Shown: positions 24,458-37,730, numbered from the whole stretch's first letter. The stretch: 63,914 nucleotides of DNA, filler included, from Folioceros fuciformis (GCA_049999805.1; 5 parts of 5 records of this genome joined end to end with filler, not necessarily neighbours in it), one strand, 5' to 3'. Notes: generated from the sequence alone by a model not told the origin. Translations and numbers: made by a program.

Positions 24458-27369
24458 CTCTGGAAAACAGCTCGCAGTCCTGTACTCCACAATTACGTAA
24501 GGCAAACAATACAGTTACTGGCGGCGGAAGCAGCAGCCTGGGCCGCAGAAGCACAGCTGCCTTATTGCATCACAAGGCCCTCAGCAGGAGGATATCATGG
24601 TTACAAACATTCCTTGCAAGGACCAGCAGTTACTACTAAGTCTGCATGTTCCCTTTTCAAACGTGTTTTCCAGCATATGACAAGCCAAGAGATGTAGGCA
24701 GTCATCCACTCAAGTAACGAGAGAGCTGCCAGCGCTGGAAATTTACCAAAGCCATCTTGCTCACTGCGAGTCTGCCACGTGCAGGCCGAACTCTTAGTTG
24801 GCAACGAGCAATGGATCAAGTACATATAAGCTGCGCGATCTACACTTCTCGGCATGCGCAGCAACGCGAAATTCAGGAACAAGGCAGCAGCCGAAAGCAG
24901 CGCACACAGCGGAGCCTGTCCTCCCAGGTTCAGGTTGAGAGAGAGGCAACGGGTTGAGCGTGTTCTCGAACGAGCGAGTAGAAACTGCATCAACAACCAA
25001 CAACCACGAGCAGATCTCGATTCGAAAACACCAGCTCAGTCTTCACTTCCAAAAATTGGAACCAATAATCCACTCCAAATCCGGAAACCGGGGTTGAGCT
25101 TGTCTAACCCTGAATCCAGACAAGGCAAGACACAATTGGGCACGTCCTTTTTTTGTCAAGATTTTCCAATAAAGGGGGGAGCAATTTTTTGCCAATGCAC
25201 CGACTGAAAGATCGAATCCGAGAAGCCAGGTTGCAAAGGCCAAGCAACACAATTGCCTCCTCTCCCTCACACCGCACAAGGGGAGAAAAAAAGAAGGAAA
25301 AACAAGAATGGGGAAAGGACTCAAAGGATGAAACAAAGCGCTAGGGAGAACAACAAAGGGAGGAAGGGGACGATAGCGAGCAGCATGGTGGCAGGCAGGC
25401 CTCAGATTGGGCGGGGGACGCAGGTGGGAAGGGTGCGCAGGGGAGGGGAGGGGACGGGGGAGGAAGGGCGGGGCGGCGGCAGCTGTGCAGGGTAGAGTGG
25501 AGTGTGCTCACCTGTGGCAGTTGCACAGCTGCCTTTTATGCCACAAGGCCTTGCTCCTGTTGCTCTATGCTGAGACCAAGTCATCTCTTTCTGCTTGCTT
25601 CCTCAATTCCTTCTCCGCCGGCTGTGCGAAGCCGCTCGCGGAGCAGCTTCCCCTCAAGTGAACAAGCCAGGGATGACTGTGGAGCTCAATTTATGAAGGC
25701 CTGGCCTACCGGGTTGGTAGTGCCCAAAAGCGGCTTCCTCCTGCTCTTGCTCTTGCTCCTGCTCCAGCTCATGGCGGAGCAGGGCGGGCGTGTGGCCCAC
25801 CATGGGATTCCTGGGTGCCATGGGAATGTGCGAGGGCTTTTGCTACGTGCTGTAGGATAACAACTGTGGAATGGATTGCGGGGCAATGAACACCGAGTTC
25901 CGAGACCACTCGATTCCTCAGAAGTCATCAACCGCCTCTGCCCGGCGGGCAACAGGAGAGGGGCGTGACATGTGCCAGCATCAGAATGCCTTTCGTTCCT
26001 GACTTACCATTAGCCCTTGCCTACCAGCCTCCAAGAACGTGGCAGTTGCGGAGAGCTCGGGGCTTTATCGGGATGTGACTGAGAGCTCTGCCGAGATGCG
26101 AACCCAGTTAAGCCTGGTGGCAGGTTTCAACACGCTACGCAGATCTTTCCCTGGATCGAACTCCGGACGCTCTCATGGGAGCCCACCCACTTGCTGACAG
26201 GCGGCTCGGCGTCATCGCTGGGGCCTGCATAGATGTCGCTTCCCTTTTGTGGGCTCGTAGTTGCTTGCATACTTTTAGCTGCCACAGCTCCAACGGTGTT
26301 ACCTACCTACACACACGCTGGACCTTGTCCCACACAGCCTGGACGTGACGTAATCTGTTTAGGCTACTTGTGCTGTATCTTATTCCCCAACGTTTCGGAG
26401 CTTAAAAATGAGAATCTCACACAGTTTAAAAGACAAATAGACCAACTACGGAGCACATATAACCCTTCAAACAAAACTATAAAACCTAATAGTCTAGACG
26501 TATTAGGAATATTTTTTTAGTTTTCATATCATTTATATTTAGTCTATCAAAGTTGCTACACTTAAATACACTTCCTAGGAGGATTGGTGGCATATTCTTA
26601 TTCCCTGTGGGCAAGAAGTTCTCAAGGTCTTCATAGCATTGTGTAAAGACCAATCATAGTATAGAAATGGAGTTCTCCTCATTTGCTTGGGGTAGGGTCC
26701 TTTTGGCAAAGTGTATGCATGGCTTTGCAAAGGTATTGGCTAATGAACTCTTCAAAAGAAAGAAAGAGTGGGAGAAGCATTGACCAAAGAAGCTTTAGGA
26801 AGGCATTGGCCAAAGAAGCCTTCCGAACATGAAAAAGTGCTAGTAGGCATTGGCTGATATGGTCTTTACAATATAGCAACCAGTGTGGATGAGCATTGCG
26901 CAATAAGGTCTTTAGAATATAGGAACAAGTGTGAGTAGCCATTGGCCAATATGATCCTTAGACTATAGCAGCAAATGAGGTGTTTAGTTTAGCAATAAGT
27001 GTGAATTTTGTGACTTCATCCATACAAACATCACCACATTATGGAAGAGGCTAGTAGTCAGAATTACAGGCCCACCTTGGAAGACACTTGGTGCACCCGC
27101 TGCTGAAGATGAAAGCCATGAATGCTGGGTAGATGAAAGCGATGAATGCTGGGTAGTTGATTAGCGCTGCTGACCCTTCTTGCTACCTATGAAAATGCTT
27201 CATTACTCTAACACTTGCAACACTTGCTTAGTCCATTTGCAACATATTTATAACTAGAACTAGAAGGTGGAAAACCCTGGACCATAGGTCCTTGCCGAAC
27301 ATGTGGGAGACCGTTGATCAGACAAAACGCCCAGAAGCTTTGTCTGAGGTGTTCGCAGTGGTCTGATCG

Positions 27370-29154
27370 ATGCCAAGCTCACCTGCCTTCGCCCTCCGAC
27401 GTTCACCGCTGGTCCCTGGGTTCCTTCAACGGCCACCGTCTGAAAGTTACGTCCTTCCCCGCAGCTTACGCATGCTCTCAGAGTCGGGTCTGAGATGGAG
27501 CAGCGTCATGGAACGCAATGGGGAGACGGCTGTAGGTCAAGAGAACCATCTCATGGCAGCATGGTGGGCCTTCACCAAATCCCCTACAGCTCCAGAGCTG
27601 GTGAGGAAATTATTCGGAAACCTCAAGGCGTTGGAGCAAGAACTGGGACAGGAGTTCGTGTTTGGAGGCCCTCGTGCATCCATCAAGGTAGGTCCTGAGG
27701 CGGTGGTACTGGCCGATACTTTTATCTGTGGGCTATATCGGACTAACCCTAGGGTGGAGGTAGGGGCGTGCTGGAGCCGAGGAAGATGCTAGGCACAGAG
27801 CCTTCTACCACACCCTCGCAGACAAGGAGGCAAAGCAGCAATTCTTCACAGCTCGCCAGGTCGCCTGCCGAATTCTTGGCAGCACAGGCTACCTCTGTAC
27901 AGAGGTAGGTGGGCACATGGCATGGCACCCTAAGTGTCTGCTGCTGATGACGTCAGGGAAACTGAGCCAACCTTTCGTTGTGGTGGTGGCAGTGCTGGCT
28001 TCCGCTGGGAGACTGTATGTGCAAGAGCGTGGTGGCAGCGTCTCTGTGGAAGGGCGTGAACTTCTGGGTGTATATGCATCCCAAGGTAGGAAAGACCACT
28101 GCGAAGAGTGCTCCATCCAGAACCCTAAGGTGCTCATCCTACAGCTTGGTTGTGGCCAGGATTTCCTTAGGAAGAACAATACGGGCAAGCTCCTGTTGCA
28201 GGTTTTCGGGCCTAACAATGCCCGGCTGTGCATCTTCGGCATACCAGAGCAAGAAGCCTTTATGTGGGATGCCTTCAAGCAGGCAGGTATCCTTTCCCAC
28301 GGTCCGACGCAGCAACACACGGGACTGCCTGAACAGCAGGGGTAGTCAGGTTGTCCCTGCTTTTAACGCAAAGGCCATGGTAACTTGTTCTTTTCAGGCC
28401 AGAATCACGTATGGTGCCTGTTCCCCGAGCAGTCTGCTATTGATTCCGGTGTCCAGCACATGAAGATCCCCTCGGCACTAGCGGCAGACTCGTTCACGGT
28501 CCGCCTATACCACATCACATCAGACTCTTACCGCCCTCTCTTACCCTACGTCTAACCCGTAGCTTGATTGCAGGATGACAACAAAAAGGTCTTGCACTTC
28601 GTCCTGATGGACGGGACGTGGAGCAACTCCAAGGCCATGATCAGTCGCATCCAGGTGCTTCACCACTTCACAGACGGTTTTCTCGCGGCGCCAAACACTT
28701 GAGATTCTCATTGCATGCCCTCACATTCCTTGTCCCATCGCCTCACAGTTTGTTCGCCTGCAGGAGCACGCTGCCGCCGCCTGGGCAGGAAAGAGCATGC
28801 CTTGCGTTGCCCTCAACCCGGACTCGCTCTCCGTCATGCACGGTCTGAGGTGAGCTCCATGAATTCCGCATTCCATCCACAAACGCATGTTTCTCAGATC
28901 TCAACTGCCTTTCCGCAATTTCGCATCTCCGCTCACCTCGCAGGCCGCAACCATCTATGGACCGCACATGCACGGCAGCGGCAGCCGCAACCCTGCTGCG
29001 GGAGCTCCACTCCAGGCAAGAGCTTCGGACGCGCTCGCTGGACGCATCCGCCGACGCCGTGGATGCGTCCCTGAACGCGCTCCTGGAAGCCCTGGCCGGC
29101 AGGCGGCGACGAGTGGGCCGGCCGGATGTTCGCTTCGGGCGTCACCTCCTATAG
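27370..29154 (+). CDS. DTW-domain protein (tRNA-uridine aminocarboxypropyltransferase family), 8 exons
   Basis: The spliced translation contains LCTE/CWLPLGDCMC (Zn-like), FWVYMHPK/DFLRKNNTGKL, LHFVLMDGTWSNSKAM (DxTW motif) and PSMDRTCTAAAAA. Introns are GT-AG and the stop is at 29152-29154. Confidence 0.9.
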
Positions 29155-29569
29155 ACGCCGTGTGGCCTGCAGTGCCAATTCGGCTCTCGGCTGCGTAGGA
29201 GCCAGTCCTCTGTCCAGCCGCAGTGCAGGGCACAAGGAACTTCTTTTCAGCCTTGATGCGCCGCCCTTCAGTTACGCTCTGACAAGTATGTGTCCATTGG
29301 CCTCACGGCCTTTGATCCCAGCTTATGCCAGATCGGGAAGTTGATGGAGAGCTCGGTTACACGGGGGCTTGTGTATGCTACTCAGCTCTGAGTCGTAAGC
29401 CAATTTCAAGCTCTCGTTGGCAATGTTGCAGAGAGTTATCTACGAGAGGCATGCATGATGCATGCCTCTCCCTTTGGTTACGAGAGCCCACGGCCGTCGG
29501 GAACAACACGAATGAGGAGTAAGCTAAGCTAAATCATTCTGATGTGACTCTCGGCCACCTTCACCCTTC

Positions 29570-31240
29570 CATGTTCACCGCGGGTCCTTGGGTTAATTTA
29601 ACGGCCCCCGGGCAGGACCGAGTCTTTCCCCGCACACTACGCAAGCTTTCAGAGTCGGGTCTGCGATGGAGCACCGTGCTGGAACGCAATGGGGACGCGG
29701 CTGTAGGCCAAGAGGACCTTCTCATAGCAACCTCGTGGGCCTTCAACAATTCCCCTGCAGGTTCAGACCTGGTGAGGAGATTCTTCGGAAACTTCAAGGC
29801 ATCGGAGCAAGACCAGGGACAGGAGTGCGTTGGAGGCCATCAAGGCGGGCCTTGAAGCGATGGAACTCACCGCCTTGAAGCGATGGAACTAGAAGATGTC
29901 TTGTCCGTCGGGTAGGCCAGACTAACCCTACCATGCAATGAAGGGGCGTGCCGGAGCTGAAGAAGATGCCAGGCACAGAGCAGGCTCGCAGACAAGGAGG
30001 CGACACAGCAAGTCTTCACAGCTCGCCCAGTCGCCTTACGAATTCTGGCAGCACATGCTACCTCTGCACAGACGTATGTAGATGGACAGATGGCATGGTC
30101 CCCTAAGTTTCCGCTGCTGGTGGTGTCAAGGAGCCTGTGCTCCACCCAACCTTTTCGCTTTTGTGATGGTTGTGTTGAGAGACTGCATGTGCAAGAGCGC
30201 GGTGGCGGCCTCTCTTTGAAAGGGGCGTGAACTTCTGGATGTACGTGCTTCATCCAGAACCCTGAGGTGCTCGTCCTGCATGTTTGCCTCAGGGTTCTCG
30301 TCCTGCATGTTTGCCGTGGTCAGGATTTCCTCAAGGAAGAACGACATTGGCGAGCTCCGCACGGCTGTGCATCTTCGGCATGTACTTGTCTGAGCGGGAG
30401 CCTTCACGGGCTGTGCATCTTCGACATGTACTTGTCTGAGCGGGAGCCTTCACGGGGGATGCCTTTAAGCAGGCAGACATACCTTCCAACACACCGGCTG
30501 CCCAGCGGGAGTAGCCAGGTCCCCCCTTGCTTCAACTTAACGCAAAGGTCGGTGGTGCAGATCAAGATCGCGTATATGGTCTGTTGCCGTAGCGGTCTGC
30601 TCCTGATTCCGGCGTCCTGCACATGAAGATCCCTTCCGTCCGAGCGGAGGAGGCATTCAAGGTACTGAATGTACTCACAGAGCACACTCTTACCGCGCTC
30701 TTTTTAGCCATTCTGAGTTCCGTACTCGCGATTGCAGGACGACAGCCAGCCCTCTGATGAAAGGGACGTGGAGCAACCCCAAGGCCATGATCAGGAGCAT
30801 CTAGGTGCCTCACCACACACGGTTTCCTCGCCGCACCAAATTACCCTCGAGATATCAACTACATGTCCCCATCTTCCCTTCCCCGTCCCCTCACAATGTG
30901 ATCACCTGCAGGACTACTCTGGCGTCGCCTGGGCAAGAGGGAGCATGCCCGGACGTGTTCTTCGTCATGCACGCTCGGAGGTGACATCTTTGAATTCTGC
31001 TTTCCATCCGGAGATGCCATCTTCCTCATGCTCTACTACATGCTCTTTTCAACCTTAGTTGCCCAACGATCCACGTACCCTTCGTGCACAGCTGCGGGAG
31101 CCGCAACCATGCTCCGGAAGCTCCACTCCCGCGTCCTCCAAGCGAGCTCGTGGAAGCCTTGGCAACCGGGCGACGGAGACTGGGCAGGGCGAGCGTGCAC
31201 AGTGTCGCGACCTCCGCAAACCAGGTGCTGCCTTATAGTG
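29570..31240 (+). pseudogene. Tandem duplicate pseudogene of the DTW-domain gene
   Basis: Exon and intron similarity to 27370..29154 (RKLSESGLRWSTVLERNG...). The DGTW motif reads KGTW and is followed by a TAG. There are frameshifts, damaged splice sites and small internal duplications at about 29850, 30260 and 30360-30455. Confidence 0.85.
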
Positions 31241-32299
31241 TGAACTCGGTTCTCCCCTATCCAGCCGAATTGCACAACATTCTTTTGTCCTGACACGTTC
31301 ACAGGGAAGTGAATATTCATCCTCGGTGATTCGGCAGGCAAGAAAGCCGGGAGGAGGACAGGCGCGGGGCCCGCCGGGTAGCCGCGGAGATGTGGCCGTT
31401 GTGTCGACATACAGTACCCTGGATACAGCGCATGTGGTCACCCTGTCGACATCCGGGTTTAATTCTGTTTAGAGTAATGTAATGAGGCACGTGGTTGGCA
31501 CACTCGCAGCCTTAGCGGGCGGCCCCAGTTTAGTAGCTTCCCAACATCGTGTCGCTGGCGCAGGTACATACACATAATCTATCCAGTTTCCTTCTGCAAG
31601 CTTAGAGAACCAAGCGTAGGCCTGTTTCTGTTTCCCTGACTGTTGCCCTTTGCGGGCTGTCGGAAACTGTTAGCTGGGAGCTTGCTTGAACACTTGCCTT
31701 CGCCCCTTGTCCAGATGGACTACAGTTGGATTGGGCACGGGCCGCATGGCCGTGGGGCTGTCTTCTCTCTACACCACTGGCCCAAGCCTCGCTTGCTCTC
31801 GGGCTTGGGCTTTTTCTCCCCTTCCTTGTCAGAGCCTTACTTAAGAGCAGCTGGGTTGCGGAAATTCGCATTCCTGGCTTCGACTCCGGCTCCTGGGTCG
31901 CTCTTTGCTCGCTTTGCCAATTCATTGCTTGCTGCGACTGCGGTGGGCTCCGGTTGCGACGTTTGCTCTTCGTCTGGTGTCGTTTCTGCAAGCCCGCCTG
32001 CTTCCTCGCCTCTTGTCTCTTGCTGCTCTCCACTACCAGGTGCCTTTCCTTTCGCATTCCTGTCCCCCGCCCTGGCCTGGAGTGGCGCTGTCGGTGCACA
32101 CGTATCCTGAATCCGACCCCATGTCTTTTTCCCCTGCCACCGCCGCTCCCGCTCCTGCGTTTAGTGTCTTATCCTGAGAACTGTGAATTTGAACTTTTGG
32201 GCAGTTTCTGCTCCTGCGTTCCTGGCAGTACGTGCTGGTTCGGCGCTTTTTCTGATTGGGGAAGGGAGTGTGAATTCTGCCTCTGCCTTCTGCCTAACA

Positions 32300-35200
32300 A
32301 TGTCCTCTTGTGGCATTTTCTCAGCCAGGCCCCACCGTCGGTTAGGAGCGCTGCAAGCCAGGCTCAAGCCCACGCCCGAGGATTTTGGGGTCGGTGGGGG
32401 TGCGAGTCGTCTGTCCACCGCAGTTGCACCCAGAACGTGGAGAGGAGGCTTAGGTGGTGCAGGCAGGAACGCGGACATGGCACCTTGCTCCCCTCGAGAG
32501 TCTGGCCCCGGAGCCAGGGTGTTGAAAACCACCAGCCAGCTTGTGCCCGGTCAGCTCCATCCCCCGGTGCCCAAGAAGGTGCCTCACAAGATGGAGCTAT
32601 TTGGGGATGTGAGAGTCGACAATTACTACTGGCTCAGAGACGACAAGCGCCAAGATCCCGAGGTGTTGGCGTACTTGGCTGCTGAGAACGAATACACAGC
32701 TGCTCAGATGGCAGGTAATGCTCGTCCTTGTCTTCATTCGCTCTGAGTCTTTCCGGGGGTAGGACCTACCTACTGTCGTGGTCGTGTGCAGATACCAACG
32801 ATCTCCAGGAATTGCTTTACCAGGAGATGCGGGGAAGGATAAAGGAGGAAGACTTCAGTGTTCCACTTAGGAGAGGACCCTACTTCTACTATACTAAAAC
32901 TCATGAAGGGAAGCAGTACAAGGTCCACTGCAGACGGGCTATACCCGGGGGTGAGGGACCTGGGACTGTGGATGAGGTTGTGGACATGGCAAACGTTACT
33001 ACACTGGAAGAGGTCCTTCTGGACGAGAATGAGAAGGCTTTGGAGCATGAGTTTTACTCCGTGGGCAACTTTCAGGTACTCTGCCGGACAGTTGTGGTTT
33101 GGCTTGACAACAGAGTGTTGATGCCAGCTTTCCGTGTGCCCTGTCTAACCGATCTCGTGATCTGACAGGTTAGCCCCAACCACAAGCTGTATGCGTTCTT
33201 GGAGGATACCACTGGTGGCGAGATATACACTCTCCGTATCATGGACATCGAGAATAAGGCGTTCATTGGTGAGGCTCTCACTGTGCGAGCAACGGAGTAT
33301 TTAGAGTGGGTAGATAACGAGACTGTTCTTTATATCACTCAAGATGATGTCAATCGCCCTTGCAAGGTTTGTTGCTTCCGCCCTCACTCTCTGTTGACAG
33401 AAGGCTCTGATGATTCCTCCCCCTCATATGCTCGCCCCATGCAATGTGCGTGTGGATGTTTTGCAGGTTTGGAGCCACAAGGTCGGTGCTGAGCAATCAG
33501 AAGATGTGCTCTTGTATTTTGAGGACAATGTGGAGTTCTTTCTGGAACTCTACTCTTCGGAAAGCAGAGAATACATATTCGTAGTGTCTGGAAGCAAGAC
33601 AACCTCCTTCAATCAGTATCTGGCAACTCATGATCCAAACAGTGGGCTGAAGCCCCTTCTGCCTAAAGTGGAGGGAGTAGACCACACTGTCACGCACAGA
33701 GGAGGTCACTTCTTTGTCACCAGACGAAGCGACGAGTTTTTCAACTCCGAATTATTGGTCTGTCCAGTGGACAATGTGACCGACACGCGAGTGATTCTTC
33801 AACATAGACCAAGGTCTGTAATCTTCATACCAATGTCTGTTTCAGCCCACATGATTTCACGCTTTCTCCCCTCTATTGACTTCTGGGATGCTCGCTTGAT
33901 GCAGTGTGAAGCTGCAAGCAGTGCAGGCATCTGAGAACCATCTTATCATATATGAACGGGAAAACGGTTTGCAGACAATCACAGTTTATGCTTTGCCTCC
34001 AACAGGAGAGCCTATAGACAGCTTGACTGAAGGGAAAAGGATTGTGTTTCCTGAACCTGCCTACTCTGTGTACCCTCGGGTTTCGCAGTACAATTCACAC
34101 ATCGCCCGATACGGATACTCGTCTCTTCGGACTCCTCACTCAGTGTTTGACTATGATCTGGTTGAATATAAATCAGTTCTCAAGAAAACGGAAGCGGTAT
34201 GCTCTTTCAGCACTAACTTAAACTGTGAAGAATGTTTAACCGTGTATTATTTGTGCAATTTGCCTGGCCGCTTGTGCATGTTAACGTGTTTTCTTCAAGT
34301 AGTGACTGGCAATCGTCTGGCAGGTATTGGGAGGATTCGATATAACGAAGTATGAAACAGAGAGAAAATGGGCTACGGCGGCTGATGGTGTTCAAATTCC
34401 TATATCTCTCGTGTACAGAAAAGACCTGGTGAAGCTGGATGGTACAGATCCATTGTTATTATATGGTTATGGGGCTTATGAGGTACGTTCCCGCTCCAGC
34501 CACTCAGTGCTTCAAAAGGCTTCGGCCCCGAGATTACACCTTTTTTATGTAATTGCAGTTAGCTCGAGATGCTAGTTTTGATGTAACAAGATTGGAGCTT
34601 TTGGATCGTGGAGTTGTGTACGCCATTGCTCACATACGAGGAGGCGGAGAGATGGGCAGGAGGTGGTACGAAGATGGTAAACTTCTGCGCAAGCAGAATA
34701 CATTCTTGGACTTCATATCATGTGCTGAATACTTGCTTGACAACAAGTACGGTGCCAAGGACAAGATATGCATTCAAGGAAGGAGCGCAGGGGGGCTGCT
34801 GATTGGAGGGGTGCTGTCTCTCAGACCTGAGCTATTCTCAGCAGCTGTTGCCGAAGTGGCTTTCGTTGATCTGATAACCACCATGCTAGATGCTTCTATA
34901 CCTCTCACAACAGCGGAGTATGAGGTAAGCAGACATAACATTCCGTTTCTTCGGAATGCCCAGTATGTAAGTGGACGAAACCTCCGCAGGTGCTCTAACT
35001 TAATGGCTCGCGCATGGCAGGAGTGGGGCAACCCTAACGTTGAGGAATATTACAGATACATGAAATCTTATTCACCCGTCGACAATGTGAGTGATATACT
35101 CACAGAATCCAGTATTCTTTTGTTTGAACGTTCTTCACTGTGGACGTGGATAGACTTTGACTGGCAAGCTCTGTGCAGGTTAAGTCTCGGAACTACCCAA

Positions 35201-35602
35201 ACATTCTCGTAACAGGAGGGCTTCATGGTATGACTTCCAATCTGTGAACTAAGCCCTTTTAAGATTTTGTCCAGCGACCATGCTGATCTGACATGGGTGG
35301 TACACAGATCCGAGAGTTGGCTACTGGGAACCGGCAAAGTACGTGGCTAAGCTGCGAGAGCTGAAAACGGATAGTAACCTGCTTCTTCTCAAATGTGACC
35401 TGGGCTCCGGCCATTTCTCAAAGTCGGGAAGGTAATCGCGCGATTTCAGCAGCACTGGATTTCCCTACCGTCATCCTCCTGACTGTTCTCTAATTGAGCG
35501 CCTGATGCATGCAGGTTTGACAAGTTGAAGGAAGTTGCGTTTGTCCATGCCTTCATGCTCAAATGCTTTGGCTTGTTAGCTGGCAGCAATTCTAAGCTTT
35601 AG
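32300..35602 (+). CDS. Oligopeptidase B / protease II (prolyl oligopeptidase family S9A), multi-exon
   Basis: Contains [37 protein letters not shown] and [18 protein letters not shown]. The catalytic triad lies in GRSAGG (Ser), GLH/DPRV (Asp) and [10 protein letters not shown] (His). The last exon ends ...AGSNSKL* at 35600-35602. The start codon is uncertain (32300 or 32477). Confidence 0.95.
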
Positions 35603-36121
35603 GATGAGCTTCCTCCCAAAGCAGGATTCCATCATTGTTAGCAGTGATCACAGAGACTCAAGGCAGAGTCTCTCATTTGCTGCTACCTACCGTTTTGCGA
35701 CAAATTCGCTGAGAACCTGTCTGACAGAAAATTGCTTCCCTTCAGTAGTGGACCGAAACAACCAACGGGAGCAGTGCTTTTGATACGAAACCTATGTATT
35801 ATTTAACCTATTACTGTCCGCTCGCGGTCATTCGTCCCTCGCGGATAATAATTGAAATGGCTTCCTTCGTTCTATCTCCATCCATTCGCTTGTACTGNNN
35901 NNNNNNNNNNNNNNNNNNNNNNNNNNNNNNNNNNNNNNNNNTTAATTAATTAANNNNNNNNNNNNNNNNNNNNNNNNNNNNNNNNNNNNNNNNNNNNCAA
36001 GCATACAATTTTCCCCATATTGTATATAAATAAAAAAAGGACAGAAAATAAGCAATAACAATATTTCAAGAAAAAAGAATACAAGTAATAGTAATAATTA
36101 ATAAAAATTCATATTTTGTAC

Positions 36122-37730
36122 CTGCTTGTGGAGGTCCACAAAGGAAAAGTCTACCCACTTTTGGAAAGTCAAATTTAAGTTGTTGTTGTTGTCGGTACAG
36201 TGTCGGTAAATATATAGCTTGACATCGATTTCGGTTCAACATTTCCTCCACCAAGGCGTACTGACTGCTTCTTTTCCATTTCAGATCATTTATGCCCAGC
36301 CTTTTCAATGTTGTATTTTTGTTCAAGATGCGTGGCAGGTCGGCGTACAACTTCTGCACAACTTCACATCTGATAGCCACGTCTTCTAGTGACGTATTTC
36401 GCCCTAGAGAGAAGAAAAAATCTTGCATAAAGCTGAGGTTGAAGTTGCCCCTTATTTTCAGTTTTTTCAAACCCTCATCAGGTATATCATGCAAGGGTAA
36501 TAAGTCATTTGTCCTCCCCTTCAAGCCATAATTGTTCCCAACGTATACAAAAAGTTTACAAATTTGCAATTTTGCATTCGCTGTGAACACCTTACTCAAC
36601 GCTGGTAGACATTGCCATGGAAAATACTCAATTGTCAGCTTGGTGATAGATCTATTTCCCTCCCACCCTAATCCATAGTGCAATACCTCTTCCCACACTA
36701 TTGCAGATACACGCGTTTTCAATCGATCGTATACACATAATTCATGCACGTATCTGTTTCTTGCCAAACCTAATCCTAGTTTTTTTCCCCACTTTTTCCA
36801 TGCACTTTCATCTTCAATATTATCGAAAGTGATTGCCATTTTCACCACAACGTCAACATTTCGCTCCAATATGTGCACCAATGATACTATTGCCAAATCC
36901 CTCTTACTCTCATCATTACGACTACCCACCGCAACGTCACTGTATATCACATTGCTTACACTCAATTGTCTCAAAGCGGAAGCATTGTTCTGCGACTTTT
37001 TCCACATCAAACTGCAGTTGTGAACAACATCTGTGTTATACACTTTTTCCCCCTTCCTTTCAACATTACCTAGCTCACACATGTCCCCATTTTTTTTATC
37101 CAACTTCCACGTCAACGTCCAATTACACATCCAACTGTCCACAATATACGGCTGTATCTCCAAGTTGCTCAGTTTGGGACTGCGCAGCAGTAATTGTTCC
37201 AGAGCTACCCAATACGCAGGAGTTGTCCTATCCGGCATGCATAATTCCAGAGTTTCTAGATTGGGATTGCCGGATAAGGATGCCATGAACCGAATCCATC
37301 CTTCCACGTCCAGTACAGATGATATTTTCTCATTTAGCTCAATACTTTCAAGAGTCCGGCATACACTAACTGCATCCAACACCTGTAGCATGACCATACG
37401 CCACTCCTCCACTCTTCCCCAACGATGATTCTTCACATCGTCATCAAATTCCGGAAACCAATCTTTCCAAAAAAAGTTCGCGAGCCGCGGCGGCGGCAGC
37501 GGGTGGGAACCATCGACACCCGTTGGCCAAGGGTCGCCACGCAGCTCGGCCAGACGCTTCTGCCATTTAGTAGGAAACGCCTGCATATCCACATCCACCT
37601 TACGAAACCTCGGTACACTAACATCAGTCTCTGCCATACAAGCCATAAGCCACGGCCACTCAACAAGATCCACCTCCTCATCCGAATGCACATCCTGAGC
37701 CTTCGGTTTACTGGAGCTTGAACTTGCCAT
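36122..37730 (-). CDS. TORNADO1-like Roco protein: first exon (degenerate LRR region plus start of the Roc GTPase P-loop); the remainder is lost in an assembly gap
   Basis: 554-aa ORF with RI-type LRR-like units (NPNLETLEL, NRSITKLTI, NTSLEDVAI, NTTLKRLGI) and 'VEEMLNRNR'. It then reads 'PKVGRLFLCGPPQAG' directly followed by a GT donor (gcag|gtacaa) and an AT-rich intron running into the gap at 35898-35997. Confidence 0.75.

Noticed and set aside
27940-27970. CTGATGA...GAAAC resembling a hammerhead ribozyme core in a DTW intron
   Set aside because: There are only ~7 nt between the motifs with no stem II, and no flanking stems were found.
32337-32366. PTS2-like nonapeptide RLGALQARL in the oligopeptidase B N-terminus
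   Set aside because: Position 8 is Arg rather than the required His/Gln.
31602-32685. Long Cys/Leu-rich ORFs upstream of and overlapping oligopeptidase B
   Set aside because: GC-rich leader or intron sequence giving chance ORFs. The 3' part is out of frame with the conserved protein.
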